64,000 nt of DNA from the NCBI RefSeq assembly GCF_006345805.1, contig NC_043005.1, forward strand, positions 64,170,001 to 64,234,000, read 5' to 3'. The translations under genes were made by a program, and so were the position numbers. This DNA is from Octopus sinensis (taxonomy: Eukaryota). Below are positions 13,683 through 27,245 of this stretch, piece after piece. Each line of letters opens with the position of its first letter. Position 1 is the stretch's first letter. Under the pieces are notes generated by a model that did no database searches, was not told the DNA's origin, and saw only the letters and a list, made by a program, of their open reading frames with translations.

Positions 13683-14138
13683 TTAGAGATTCTACTCATG
13701 CGTTAGAGTTTCTACATGATCACTCGATCTGTTAGCAACAGTAGTAAAATATCCTTCAAATTACATGCTGTCATTTTAAACAAGTAAAAGGGACATTGGA
13801 TTACGTAGTCCTAGAGACATTCTCTGAAAGCACTGGATGGTCGCATTAGGAATGCGTTTGAGTATAGGCCTGCTTGATCAAAGATGATCTGAAACTCCAT
13901 AGTAACAATAACGATAACTTCTAGAAGGATAATTAGATGCTGAAGATTGGCTACAAAATCAATACATCATGCAACTTATGCGTGCATTTAAAGCGACTTT
14001 GAAATGTGTCATAAATATTTCATGTGCCAAGCCAGCGGGGTGAATAGAATAGTTAGAGGATCGGGAAAGATGATTTGCGGTATCAGTTCTGGCTATTTGC
14101 ATGGTGACAGCAATACTGCAATAACACTAGTGCCAAAC

Positions 14139-15010
14139 TACGAGGTTCAGCTGAAAGGTTCATAGACTCACCAGAATACTTTCATAGAATGTGACAAAAA
14201 TGAGGTTTATTTTTAATATAGATCCCCTTCCAGTTCACACATTCCTTCCATCGATGTTGCAGAGATTAGATCCCATTGGTGAAGGAGCTTTCATCATATT
14301 AGTAAAAAAATGTTATCAACAGTAGATGACGTCATCATCACTGCGACATTGATTCCCAGTCAAGTGTTTTTTCCTGTTGTGTAAATGATAATAGTCAAGC
14401 AGGGCCAAATCAGAAGAATGTGGAGGCTGATCAACCAGTTCAAAGCCGCGATCACACACAGTAGCCTTTGAAAGCAAGGTCTCGAGTGCTGGAGTCACTA
14501 TACTGATGAAATAAGAATCCTTTCGTCAATTTTCCTGAGTGTTTGATCTTGATAGCTCTTCGTAACTGCCTCAACAAGTTGGCATAGTACTTTCCATTGA
14601 TGGCGTGGCCCTTTTGAAGATAGTCAATAATCGCGATGCCTTTTGTATGCCAAAAAGCTAAGGACATCTCCTTCCCTGCAGATGAAACGACCCTGGCTTT
14701 TTTTGGAGCAGGTGAGGAGGAGTGTTTCCACTGCATGGATAGTCCCTTGTCTCTGGATCGAAGTGATGAACCCAACACTTATCCTGGGTTTGGAAAGGTT
14801 CAAGGAAATCGGCTGGATCTGCCTCAAACAACGCTAGATAACCACTTAATGTGATCAGTCTGGTGCGCTTTTACTCAGTTATCCGAAGACGTAGCACCCA
14901 ATGGCCAGAAGCCTTCGTCATGCCAAGCCAGTTGCCTTTCTCTTACAACAGTATCGTAGAGATAAGAGATGTGCAGCTATGGGCAACTGCCAGTCTTCCT
15001 TTGAAATCGT
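14139..15010 (-). mobile_element. Degenerate mariner (DD34D) transposon, 3' part with one TIR
   Basis: Frames give LGMTKASGHWVLRL (WVPR-like), SMQWKHSSSPAPKKARVVSSAGK, IIDYLQKGHAINGKYYANLL and QPPHSSDLALLDY (YSPDLAP-like); TA-CGAGG terminus at 14139; frameshifts and stops. Confidence 0.9.
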
Positions 15011-16759
15011 GCCCAGCCTGCATGTGCATACATGAGTAGGCACATGGTCAACTTTGACCGATATTGGTTGTATCTAGATACTCCTAAGTGAACTTTTAGT
15101 TACCTTCATGACACTCAGCCTATAGTAGAACACATTCCGTCTCTTTACATGTTTGTACAATATGATAAAGTAAATGGTTAAGATGTTCAGCTAGAAACAT
15201 TAAATATTAGATTAGATTAAATCAAATTAGATCTTTTACAAGAACGAATATAAGGTAGAAAAATATGTACCATACTATAGAGTTTAATTTAATTTAAAAT
15301 CTCATGTTTTCTTGTTGCTACATACAGATAGACACATCATGAGATTGAAAATCAATTTTCAAACAGTTTTATTGCCAGATTTTCAAGAATCTTTCATCAC
15401 TTCCCTATTACACTGTGTTTCCATCAAGATGTTCCGTTACGAGGTGACTTAATATGCTAGAAAAAGCAGTCAGATATTCCTCAAATCTCACGTTAACATT
15501 CTAAAATAAGTGGGGACACATTGGGTAGTGAGGTTATAGGGCCTTAGTTCGATTGAGAGTAAACATGATAAATTTTGTCCTATTGTAATCATATTGTGAT
15601 TACTTGTGACTAGAAGAAAATGAAGCTTGGATAGCCACCCTGCAACATCTTTGACCATAAGTCTGCACAAAGCTGATCTGGAGATAAATAACCACAATAG
15701 TACTTCATGTCAGAACTCAACGAGTGAGCTTTTGATCAATCGATGATCGTTATTTTCTGATGATTCATTAATGTGAAAGAGAAAATTTTATCACGCTATT
15801 TAAACAGAAATACTTTCCGTTTTGTGGTTAAGAGAGTCAAAGCAGAATTAAACACAGATGAAAGCACAGCATGATGTTTGGAACATCAAATCTACACAAC
15901 TTACTGTCATCTGCTTTTTCTAAATTATCAACATTATTTATACATATTATCCAATTAATTAATTGTCTATGTAAAGCTGGTAAACCATAACTGAGGAAAC
16001 TGTATAACAACTTTTTATACATAATTTTAAACTAAAACAAAAGCAAGACACAAACGAAAGAAGAAAACGAAGACGAAAAGAAGTACAGATAAAGAAGGGT
16101 GAAATGTTTTTGCGCTCCTCGCCCATGATTAAGAAAATCTTATTTATGGTTGATACATCATTGAAAATAAATTGTACTTCCAACCTTTAGTAAAGTTTTT
16201 AAGACCATTTAAAAACTTGCCTCTCTCTCAGACTGTTAATTTTTTTGCATTCGAACAAAAAGATGTTATATTTCTGAAAATATCTCCATAAAAGTATAAA
16301 AATGGTTTCATACGACTTGTTCATAGAATCAATGCAGAACAGAGATATGAAATCACAGCATGATGTCTAGAACATTATAGTAAGATAAATACGCAACATT
16401 CTACTTTTTATTTTAAAAGCCTTCCTTTATATTTTGATATGTTGTAGTCAAAGAATTCGACTGATCTCCATCAATAACTACTTATATAAGACACTATATT
16501 TTCCAATAGTACAAGGAATGACCAAATGAAGAAATATGAGCACGCAGGAACTCAGCTGCGCGAAAAATAACAAATAAAGTCAGTGTTCATGAAATTCTAA
16601 TTAACTTAATTTTATTCAAAAATATAAAACAGTTGTCTCATTGACACACTAAATTCTAGTTTTCATTCAGATTCCAAAGATTGTCTCCCTGGCATTTTTC
16701 CACCATTTTCACTGTCATGAGTGAAAATGGTGGAAAAATCAATGCAGAACAGAGATATG

Positions 16760-17015
16760 AAAGTTCGATTCCCGGATCAGACAGTGTGTGTTCTGTCCTT
16801 GAGCAACACACTTTATTTCACATTGCTGCAGAAATGAGTCGCAACCTCACTGGTTCCAAGCTGTATCCCTTGAACGGCGGCGTTGAGAGGGGAGGCTGGT
16901 ATGCATGAGCGGCTGCTGGTCTTCGTTTAACAACCTTGCCTGCACTTGTGCTTTGGGGGGTAGCTTTCTAGGTGCAATCCCATGGTCATTCATGACTGAG
17001 GGGTGTCTTTACCCT
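16760..17015 (+). mobile_element. SINE family D, 5'-truncated
   Basis: gttcgattccc B box, gtccttgagcaa core and ggtgcaatcccatggtcattcatgactga tail; homologous to 28823-29108 and 47385-47716. Confidence 0.75.
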
Positions 17016-18488
17016 AAGACATAATACACGATTCTAGTTTTCATTTAGTTTCATTTTCTACCATTTTCATTCATTATTGTTTTTAGCCATTAAAAAGCGG
17101 GAAAGGATTAGCACCAATATGTGTGAAATATTGATATCTCTTAGGGGTAATTTCTATACTTAATTGCACTTTGAGTACAAAATCTATAACTATTGTTAGA
17201 CTCGCGCTCAATAAAATTTACAATTTCGTAATGAAAAAGTGCCGTAACATATTCACTTTCCTTTCCTTATGGCCGTAGCCATAAAAAAAATTTTGAAGAT
17301 GATGTCTGTCGTTTGAGGGTTAATCTGGGAACAGGCCACCAATTTTAAGGGGGAAAGAGTCGATAATATCGCCACCAGTACTTTATTTTTTCGGCATCGG
17401 TAGAAATTGAACTCAGAACGCAAAAGACCGAAAGAAATACACTAGACCATTTTGTCTAACACTCTAATGATTCTGCCAACCCCATTAAGATAATGAGTGG
17501 TTCTACTAGTTATGTACGTATTTAAAATTAATTAGAATTAATTAAAATTTTCCGGTCCATTAAATTATGTTAGCACCCTCCTATTTGACCGATAAGTTAC
17601 AGCTACAAAGCTATGTCTTCTACAAAATAAATCATAAAACATTTCTTTCTATTGATGGTGGAATCCTTCGTGATTTTAATGGCTCAGACTTGTCACGATA
17701 ATATATTATTCTGATTGCGTGCCTAACCCATTTCTTGTCCCATTTGTTAGGTATATATGTTTGATTAGCTTTTTTCTTCTTTTTTTTACATTTATGCCAC
17801 TATGTCGTTCATAGCATTATTGTGTACACTTTTCTTTCTCAATTTAGATATCAACAAATAATAGAGTAAAGCAGTAAAACATTATAACAGTAAAATGTAG
17901 CCTGGGGAGAGAAGAACATTTTATTTCACTCAATACATTCTAGCTAAATCTATAGAGTGCTTGTACATTGTCAGAAGTGAAATGGAACTGTATCCACTAT
18001 TGACGCTATGTTGTGTGCCTGACAAGGACATTTTAACTCTCAACGGTCCGTTCCACCTAGCTTATAAATAGCTAATATAGACGAGGAACATTTCACCTCG
18101 ATAAGCAAAATGATACGCTAGAAGAGAGGAGCAATCCGTTAATTTGCAGAAAAGCTCAAAATAAAGCAGTGCTGGCTACCTTTCAGAGTTCCGAGCGTTT
18201 TCAATAGCTACGTCTGGCTACGTACCACAGAACAGTATAAAATTTATTACTATATGCAACAATATGACTATAGAATCAGTGAGTATTTCATTTCAATTCC
18301 CTCTGCTGTAATATCTGCCAATAGTTGGCTATTGTCGATGGGAAATTTCTCTCTAATCCGCTTGATATAAGAATCTCTCTGTATACTTGTGATTTCGAAA
18401 TGATTATTATAATTTGCAGCTCAATTCAAATCTTCGCACTGGCTGTTAGAAAAAATATATCCATACATACACACATACACACACGCAC

Positions 18489-18521
<33 letters not shown>

Positions 18522-18524
<3 letters not shown>

Positions 18525-18771
18525 TCTTTTACTCTTTTACGCTTTTACTTGTTTCAGTCATTTGACTGCGGCCATGCTGGAGCACCGCCTTTAGTCGAGC
18601 AAATCGACCCCAGGACTTAGTCTTTGTAAGTCTAGTACTTATTCTGTTGGGCTCTTTTTACCGAACCGCTAGGTTACGGGGGCGTAAACACACTAGCATC
18701 GGTTGTCAAGCGATGTTGGGGGGACAAACACAGACACACAAACACAAACACATACACACACACACACACAT

Positions 18772-18821
<50 letters not shown>

Positions 18822-18975
18822 TTTCAATTTCCATCAACCAAATCCACTCACAAGGCTTTGGTCGGCCCGAGGCTATAGTAGAAGACACTTGCCCAAGGTG
18901 CCACTCAGTGGGACTGAACCCGAAACCATGTGGTTGGTAAGCAAGCTACATACCACACAGCCCCTCTTGCACCTA
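18522..18975 (-). mobile_element. SINE family A
   Basis: Same architecture as 13195-13682 with an internal CA/TA tract. Confidence 0.9.
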
Positions 18976-19019
18976 TCCTATATATATATATATATTATTA
19001 CACATTTTCCACCACATTG

Positions 19020-19238
19020 ATTCCAAATTTTGGCTCAAGACCAGCAAGTTCAGGGCAAAGGAATAAGTCGATTTCATCGACCCCAGTTCTCAAGTCATAC
19101 ACTTTTATCGACCCCGAACAGATGAGAGTTGACCTCGGAGTTGACTTCGGCGAAATTTGAACTCAGATGGGAAAAATGAACGAAATGCCGCTAAGTATTT
19201 TGTCTGGCGTGCTAAGAATTCTCCCAGCTCACCGCCGT
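19020..19238 (-). mobile_element. Older SINE B copy
   Basis: atcgaccccgaa...gaaatttgaactcag...cagctcaccgcc. Confidence 0.75.
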
Positions 19239-19365
19239 AATCTCATTACTAGCATTACCGCCATCGTTACATTCTTTTAGAACTATTACAGCAAATATTA
19301 CTAATGTCTTCTCCACCAAACACCAACTCCATTACTAAAAATTGCTGTTGCTGCTGTTGCTGTTG

Positions 19366-19739
19366 AGCGAACGGTTTTCGTCTCAGAGCTCGCAAGATCA
19401 CGCCTCGGGAGAAGTCCGAAGCGTGGCCCTTTGCTATTCGTAAGAGCCACAGAAGAGAAAGCAGGTCAACCCCCGACACCGAGAGCATCGATGGATGGAT
19501 GAATGCGCATCAAGGTTCAGCGGTTGCGTAGGAAGTCGGGGACAAGAAACAGGAAGAAAGAGTGAGAGAAAGTTGGAGCGAAAGAGTACAACAGTGGTCG
19601 CCACCACCCCCTGCCGGAGCCTCGTGGAGCTTTAGATGCTTTCGCTCAATAGACATACACAACGCCCGGTCTGGGAATCGAAACCGCGATCCTCCGACCG
19701 CGAGTCCGCTGCCCTAACCACTGGGTCATTGCGCCTCCA
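19366..19739 (-). mobile_element. SINE family C (tRNA-derived head) inside a (CAG/CAA)n tract
   Basis: Minus head tggaggcgcaatgacccagtggttagggcagcggactcgcggtcggaggatcgcggtttcgattccc; flanked by tgctgttgctg on both sides. Confidence 0.85.
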
Positions 19740-21160
19740 CTGCTGTTGCTGCTGCTGTTGTTTTTAAGCAGCAAGACGGGTAAGGGTGATTAGGTGATGG
19801 TCTAGGGCTTAGGGGCGGGAGACCCAAGACCTTAGAAAAGAAAAAAAACTTTGGTCACCTTGCTGTAGTCGAGGGCTCTTCGTTGACACCCAACGCTACT
19901 TGGAGGTGGCCCTCGAAGTCGCTGGAAATGGAGATCTCCAGGTCCAAATTCTTGGACGGCTGCTGTTGCTGCTGCTGCAGTTGCTGGCTATTTTAAACAA
20001 CAGATAATTGATACTTGATAGCGCATTCTTAAATGGTTTTAATTACATATATTGTTGGAGTTTGAAGTACAACCACCATGGTATTTCATTTTCTGAATAC
20101 TTTCTGATTTTGTTTCTTAACTCATGAATATTCTAATGATAGTTAATTACTCTTATTTGTCGTATTTTTGACATATACAGCATTTCTGAACCTTATTGTT
20201 AAGCCTTGTACTTCTATTGCTAGATAAAACACATGAACAATGACATTCCATACGTTTAGTCAGGCATAATATATCTAGGTCTACATTAGTCAATGTAGCC
20301 TTGCTTTTTCAATATGATAGGATGTGATTTGAGAAAAATGTTGGTTTCTATTACTAGCAGTTCAGGCTACAGCGAAACACTTCCACGTTGACTTCCGAAA
20401 CTTGCATCTTTGTGTTCGTGAGTGTTTTTTTTTTTAAAAAAAGTCCATCGTTGTTGCAAGCATTGAGACAATATATCCCGGCTAGATGTAAAGTCGTAGC
20501 TTGGTGCACGTTCCTGCTGCATCAACCCTCTATTTCCTCTTTCTTTCTAAATTTCCACTAGCAATAACTGAGGACAAGTAAAAAAAATGTCTTGCATGCT
20601 ACTGTTTTTCCACTGAGGTTATCATGAAAAAAGTGCCAAAACCTTTCTGATTATGAATATATCGAGTAAAAGGGAAAATACAACGACCTATTCTTAATGT
20701 TTTACTCTTGAACAGCTTGAGTTGAACATCGTTCCAGCCGTGACCATCCGTGTTCCGCTTCGAAATACCAAATTTAATTATTCATTTTGATTCGCTGGAA
20801 CTTTCTACCGTTAACGAAAGAGGTGTAACGATATTAAAAGAATTATTTATAATGGCAATGGCCGCACATCTCTTTTAAATTTACAACAGCCAGACACATA
20901 AATTATTCTTTTTATTCCTATTATGGAAATTTTTCTACCCCAAGCGTTTTGTCCTTCGAAACAAAAACAAATATGTTTACCTTATAACGCCTATTGCTAA
21001 TAATTTCTTAACGCTGCAAATACTATGTTTGTACAGAAAGATAATGACGAAATTAAAACCTGAACGAGCTCTAAGAATTATTTATGTTTGAACAAAATTA
21101 TTGCATGCAGGCAATTGTGACAGCTACCGTGTCAGTATTTGCAGAATTATTGACATTTGA

Positions 21161-21162
<2 letters not shown>

Positions 21163-21234
<72 letters not shown>
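21163..21234. repeat. (TG)n microsatellite
   Basis: Pure run. Confidence 0.98.
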
Positions 21235-21238
<4 letters not shown>

Positions 21239-22511
21239 ATTCAAATGTTCGTAAAAGATAATTAGATATGATGTCGATATAGAAAACACTGGTTCCAGTC
21301 TCGCAAGTAGCCTTTAAACATTTTGCATCCAAACATTTTCAGCCTAATAAATTACATGCTATTATTTATAGTTGTATCCACTTCGAGACTCTTAAAATTG
21401 AGAACTTAAAGTCAATTGAATAATTGAAATTTTTCCATGAAACCATCCCGTACTTACAGCACTCAAATATAAAAAAAAATCTCTGTGTGTGTGTATGTGA
21501 ATGCTCGGTATTAAAAGCATGACCATGTACAAATTTAATCCCTTTTTATTAAGGGTTTTATTTTTCAAGCTATCTCAGCCTCATCTTTAGGATATGGAAT
21601 GGTTAGTCTCCCCTGTTGCTCTTTCCTCTTGAGCAGTTTTTGTTGATACAGATTTTCCCGCCAGTATTTATCTATTCTGTATATTTGTCTAATGTTTCAT
21701 TTGTGAAAAAGAATGTAAAGCAGTGACATTTTTATAGTTATGTGAGCATTCGCTATTTCCATGTAGATATAGGCATTAGTTTGTGTTTTTTATGTAATCT
21801 GCTATAATCTATCTATTGTTTTTATTATGATTGTTTATGGGTAGTGTTTTAGTTAAAATTATTTTGGATGTTGAAACCTGGCGCTAATTTGTTTTCTAGA
21901 ATCTTCTTTTATTTCGCAATATCATCTGATATGTCTATCCATTTCCACTGGTATATCGTTTGTGTAATAATATCTAGTGTATATTATGTTTGTGTAAAGA
22001 TATTATTTCGTTTTCTATTATAGCGAGATAGTTTGTGGCAAACGTTGGTCCTTCGGAAGAGCACATTGCTATTCTATCAGTTTTATGTATAAAAATTGCT
22101 TTATGGACAGCAAAACTTCTTTTCTGCTTTGTAGGTTACTAGTCGTCGATGTTTAACATGATCTTTATCATTAACCTCCTCATTGTTACAATTACCATCA
22201 TCACCATCATCATCATTATCATCAACATTATCGTCCTCGTCATGATCATTGTTGATTATCTTTATTTTCTATACATCAATTTGACTTCTGCTGTAGTACA
22301 AATTTCCATACAAATGTCACGATATTATATTTCCGACAATTCAATATCTCACTTTCTGACTCTGGTCTTCGTTTAAATAATTTATTAGAGATTATCTTCG
22401 GTCTCAGAAATTTAGGAAATAATGGCAAAAATAGTTTTCAAAATGACCGAGTGATAATTTAAAAGTCAATATAATAAAGCTAACTCAGCTAGAAGAGAAT
22501 TCATATACATT

Positions 22512-22514
<3 letters not shown>

Positions 22515-22580
<66 letters not shown>

Positions 22581-22584
22581 TATA

Positions 22585-22623
<39 letters not shown>

Positions 22624-22714
22624 TATATATATAAACATAGTAAATAGGGTAATAAAAATAAAATTATTATTACCAGTGACCTAGCACAAAAAGACGAATA
22701 TAGTATAACGTATA

Positions 22715-22764
<50 letters not shown>

Positions 22765-22963
22765 TATGCATATACATATATACATGTATACATATATATA
22801 TAAACTTTATATATATATATATGTAACGTATATATATATATAAAGTGTAGACATACATATATATATATAAGTATATATATATATATATGAATATAAATAA
22901 AGTATATATATATATGAATATATATATGTGTGTGTGTGTGTGTGTATAAAGTATATATATATG

Positions 22964-22998
<35 letters not shown>
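22515..22998. repeat. Interrupted (TA)n tract
   Basis: Direct reading. Confidence 0.9.
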
Positions 22999-23001
<3 letters not shown>

Positions 23002-23004
23002 GGA

Positions 23005-23560
23005 GGAGACTGGTCGGTTAGGGAAGATGTGCGAAGTGGAAGGGTCGGACTGGAGTCACCGGAAGGCTCGGACTATGGTGCATAGGAGAGGTAGGGTATT
23101 GGAGTGGTAGGTGAAGGGAATCGGAAGACGAGAGACGACGGAGTGGGGAGAGTAGATGCACGATCCATGGAACGTGCTCTGGAAAGGGAGGTGTGGATAG
23201 TGGTGTGGGGATATCCACGTAGGATGAAGTGGCAAGCCATGAATTCAGACCGAGTCTCAAAGTCATGATCGTCACTACAGAGCCTGCGTAGACGGAAGAA
23301 TTGAGAATAGGGGAAGGAGTTTAGGGTGGGAAGAGGAGAAATTGAAGTATGAGTGTGAGCCTGTGTGTTTCTAGTGGATAGAAGTGGTGAGTGTGGAGTG
23401 ATGAATGCCGACCAAGATGTCAAGAAAAGAGGCAGAGGTGTCAGAGATAGTGCAGGAGAAGTGGAGGGCAGGATGGAAAGATTTGACAAAAGAGAGGAAG
23501 GAGTCTAGATGTTCGCGCGAGAGTGAGGTCGCACCGATACAGTCGTCAATATAACGGCCG
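23005..23560 (-). mobile_element. Penelope-like element (Neptune-type) RT fragment between (TA)n tracts
   Basis: Minus frames: [48 protein letters not shown], then FPYSQFFRLRRLCSDDHDF...FILRGYP (PLE RT C-terminus/thumb); contains a stop and frameshifts. Confidence 0.85.
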
Positions 23561-23569
23561 TATAGTTCA

Positions 23570-23925
23570 CATATGTATTTATATATGTATATATATATGT
23601 ATATATATGTTTATATATATATATGTATGTATATGTATATATATATGTGTATATATATGTATATATATATGTATATATATTTGTATATATATATATGTAT
23701 ATATATATGTATGTATATATTTATATATTTATATGTATGTGTATATATATGTATATATATGTATGTATATATATATATATATATATGTGTATATACCTGA
23801 AACTATTTTTATATATGTATATATAAATATGTATATAAAATTATATATATAAAATTATATATATATATAAGTATATATAAGTATATATATATATACATGT
23901 ATGTATATATGTGTGTGTATATGTA
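23570..23925. repeat. Degenerate (TA)n/(TATG)n tract
   Basis: Direct reading. Confidence 0.9.
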
Positions 23926-24459
23926 TATTTGTATGCGTGTATGTGCTCCGTATGTACGTAGTAATTTTCTTTGCAAAGAAATATATAATGATTGTTGTCA
24001 ACTTCATTGAAAGAAGTTTTGAACCGATATTATGATATAAACTATATTTCCTAAATCTTATTGTTATATTTGTTTATAGGAAAGAGAATAATTTAGGCAT
24101 GAATATAAGACGTAGAAATATGAAGCCATCACTATAATCGTCATCATCATCATCATCGTCGTCACAATCATCATAATTATCATCATCATAATCGTCATCA
24201 TTATTCTTGCCATCGTCGTAGTCGTCTTAGACAACATCATCGCCATGACTGTCATCAAATGCTAGAGGAAGAATATGGCATAAAAGATACGCGCCTTAAA
24301 TAATGATGATGAAGAAGAGGAGAAAGCGGTGAAAGAGAGGGAGAATGAGAGGAGTGGAGAATAAAAAGGATGCTAATAATTTCAATGATGACGGTGAAGG
24401 TTGTGATTGTAACGAATATTGTGATGACGCTGATGATGATGACGACGCCGACGATGTTG

Positions 24460-24548
24460 ATACAATAAGTACCAGTTGAATACTGGGATCAATGTAATCG
24501 ATTTGGCTCATCTCCCGAAATTGTTGGCCGTGTGCCAAAATTGGAAAC

Positions 24549-24580
<32 letters not shown>

Positions 24581-24774
24581 GTTGTTGTTGTTGTTGTTTT
24601 TGTTGTTCTTGTTGTTCTTGTTAAGGCGGCAAGCTGGCAGAAGTGCTCAAATTCGGCCAAGGTGGACTTTGCCTTTCCCTCTTTTCGGAGTTGATGAAAT
24701 AAGTACCAGTTGAATCCTGGGGTTGATGAAATCGACTCCGCCGAAAAAATTTCTGGCCTTGTGCTTATAGTAAA

Positions 24775-24824
<50 letters not shown>

Positions 24825-25030
24825 TGCGATGAGCTGGCAGAAGAGTTAGAACGCAGGATAAAATGTTTAGCGGCATTTCGTCCATCTTTACGATCTGAGT
24901 TCAAATTCCCCCGACGGCGACTTTACCTTTCTTCCTTCGTGGTCGATAAAATAGGCACCAGTTGAACACTGGGGTCGATGTAATTCACTAGTCCCTCCTT
25001 TAAAATGTCAGGCCTTGTGCCTAAAGTGGA
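24460..25030 (+). mobile_element. Cluster of three older SINE B fragments separated by (TAT/TGT)n and (TAG)n
   Basis: Repeated ataagtaccagttgaa...ggggtcgat...ggccttgtg blocks. Confidence 0.75.
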
Positions 25031-25100
25031 AAGGATTATCAATATTATTAAACAGAGAGACAGACAGACAGAGAAAGAATTTGTCATGCACACATATGCT

Positions 25101-25306
<206 letters not shown>

Positions 25307-26397
25307 ATGTTTCTTTATTAGCCACACAGGGCTGCACACAGATAGAACAAATTACAAGGTAGAGCTTTTCTTTTGAAGGTTTAAAAAAAAAAAAAAAAAA
25401 AGGAAGGGGGAGTTTCGATCAAAAGGGATCGTAAAAGGAGAGAAAGAGGACAAAAGAAAGGGGGGTTAAAAAAAAAGGGGGGAGGAAAAAAAAAAATTGA
25501 TCAATAGGGATCGTTATCACAGAAATGTCAATATGAAGTGTAAAGGGGAGGACAGGTGAGGTTTACCCGTGGAAAGAAAAGCCTACGGAAAAGACCACGG
25601 TAACCTCGGTCAATGAAGTCACATTTTATATTTCTTTTTTTTTTTTTTTTTTTTGCAAATAAGCAACTCTCTGTTTTCGATTTCTGGGTTCATAGGACTA
25701 TGCTCAAGGTGGCTTCGTCATTCATACGTGCCATTCTTGCTACATTCACCCATCTTTTTTTAAAACATTCGCTAGACAAAACTTGCCTCTCTACTCTCAC
25801 TTTCCTTTTCAAGTGGTACTTGAAGAAGTTGATGAGAGATTGACCAGAGAGGAAAGTGTTTGTCTCCAATCCTTTCAGACGCGTCCACCAGATACATTCT
25901 TTCGCCATAGCCACAAGGATGATGAAAATAGCTCTTCCTTCCCGTTTGAAGGAAGGAGGCGTGACAATATTGACGATAGACTCAGCTGATAAACCGACTC
26001 GTCCCACACGTGACAGCAGTTGTTCGACATAAGCCCACAGGTCGGAAATTGTTGGACACTGAACGAGTGCGTGCAGAACGGTTTCGTCGCTCTGACCGCA
26101 TCTCGGGCAGGTCGGCCCCGTGTTTCTCGAGCCGTGTCTGTAGAGCTTATCCCGAACGGGTAGCACTTCTCGGTAGCACTGCCAGGCCAGGGATCTCTGG
26201 AAGTTGTCCATGGGCCCTGGCCCGAAAGTCGTCCCGAACAGGCGGGTCAGGTACTCCTCGTCGACGTCCAGGTTCGCCCCGAGCTCGTCGTCGTACCCCC
26301 TCCACTAAACCCCTATAGAATGCTTTGGTTGTGTTGAAGTCACTTAAGGTCGACCCAGGACGGCAGAGTTGCTTGAGAGCAACGCGACACTCGCGGT
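25307..26397 (-). mobile_element. 5'-truncated L1/Tx1-clade LINE (ORF2 C-terminus plus 3' UTR)
   Basis: ORF 25690..26211 (QRSLAWQCYREVLPVRDKLYRHG...CPRCGQSDETVLHALVQC) is highly similar to the end of ORF 51208..53211; homology stops at tcgcggt (26397), followed directly by (AGAT)n. Confidence 0.95.
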
Positions 26398-26648
<251 letters not shown>

Positions 26649-26859
26649 CATCAGGAGTGAATGCATTTGTAGAAAACTATGTCTGTCCTTATCGTATATG
26701 CATTAATGTTTGAGGTGACTCTATATACTGATACCTGTAAACTGATAATTATGTATGAATCTGTATAGATGAGGAAACCTACAAACGTACTTATATATCA
26801 TATATACGTCTTTATAAATCAACTTTATATATGAATATATGTTTTGTGTTTTGTACGTG

Positions 26860-27245
26860 TGTGTGTTTATATATATATATATAGATATACATATGTATAT
26901 ATATATGTATTTATGTATGTATGTATGTACGTATTTATGTATGTATGTATGTATGTATACATATATATACATATATATATATATGTACACACATATATAT
27001 ATACATATATACACACACATATATATACATATATATACACACATATATATATATATAAATATATATATATATAAATATATATATACATATATATATATAC
27101 ATATATATATACATATATATACATATATATATACATTATACATATATATATATATACATATAAATATATGCGTATTCATATATATATATATATATATACC
27201 TGTATATACATAAATGTTTGGGTGTGTGTATGTGTGTACATATAC
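26860..27245. repeat. Degenerate (TA)n/(CA)n tract
   Basis: Direct reading. Confidence 0.9.

Noticed and set aside
19670-19739. tRNA-like sequences (also ~47650-47716 and 60125-60195)
   Set aside because: A and B boxes are present, but they continue into SINE bodies without a proper acceptor stem; these are SINE heads, not tRNA genes.
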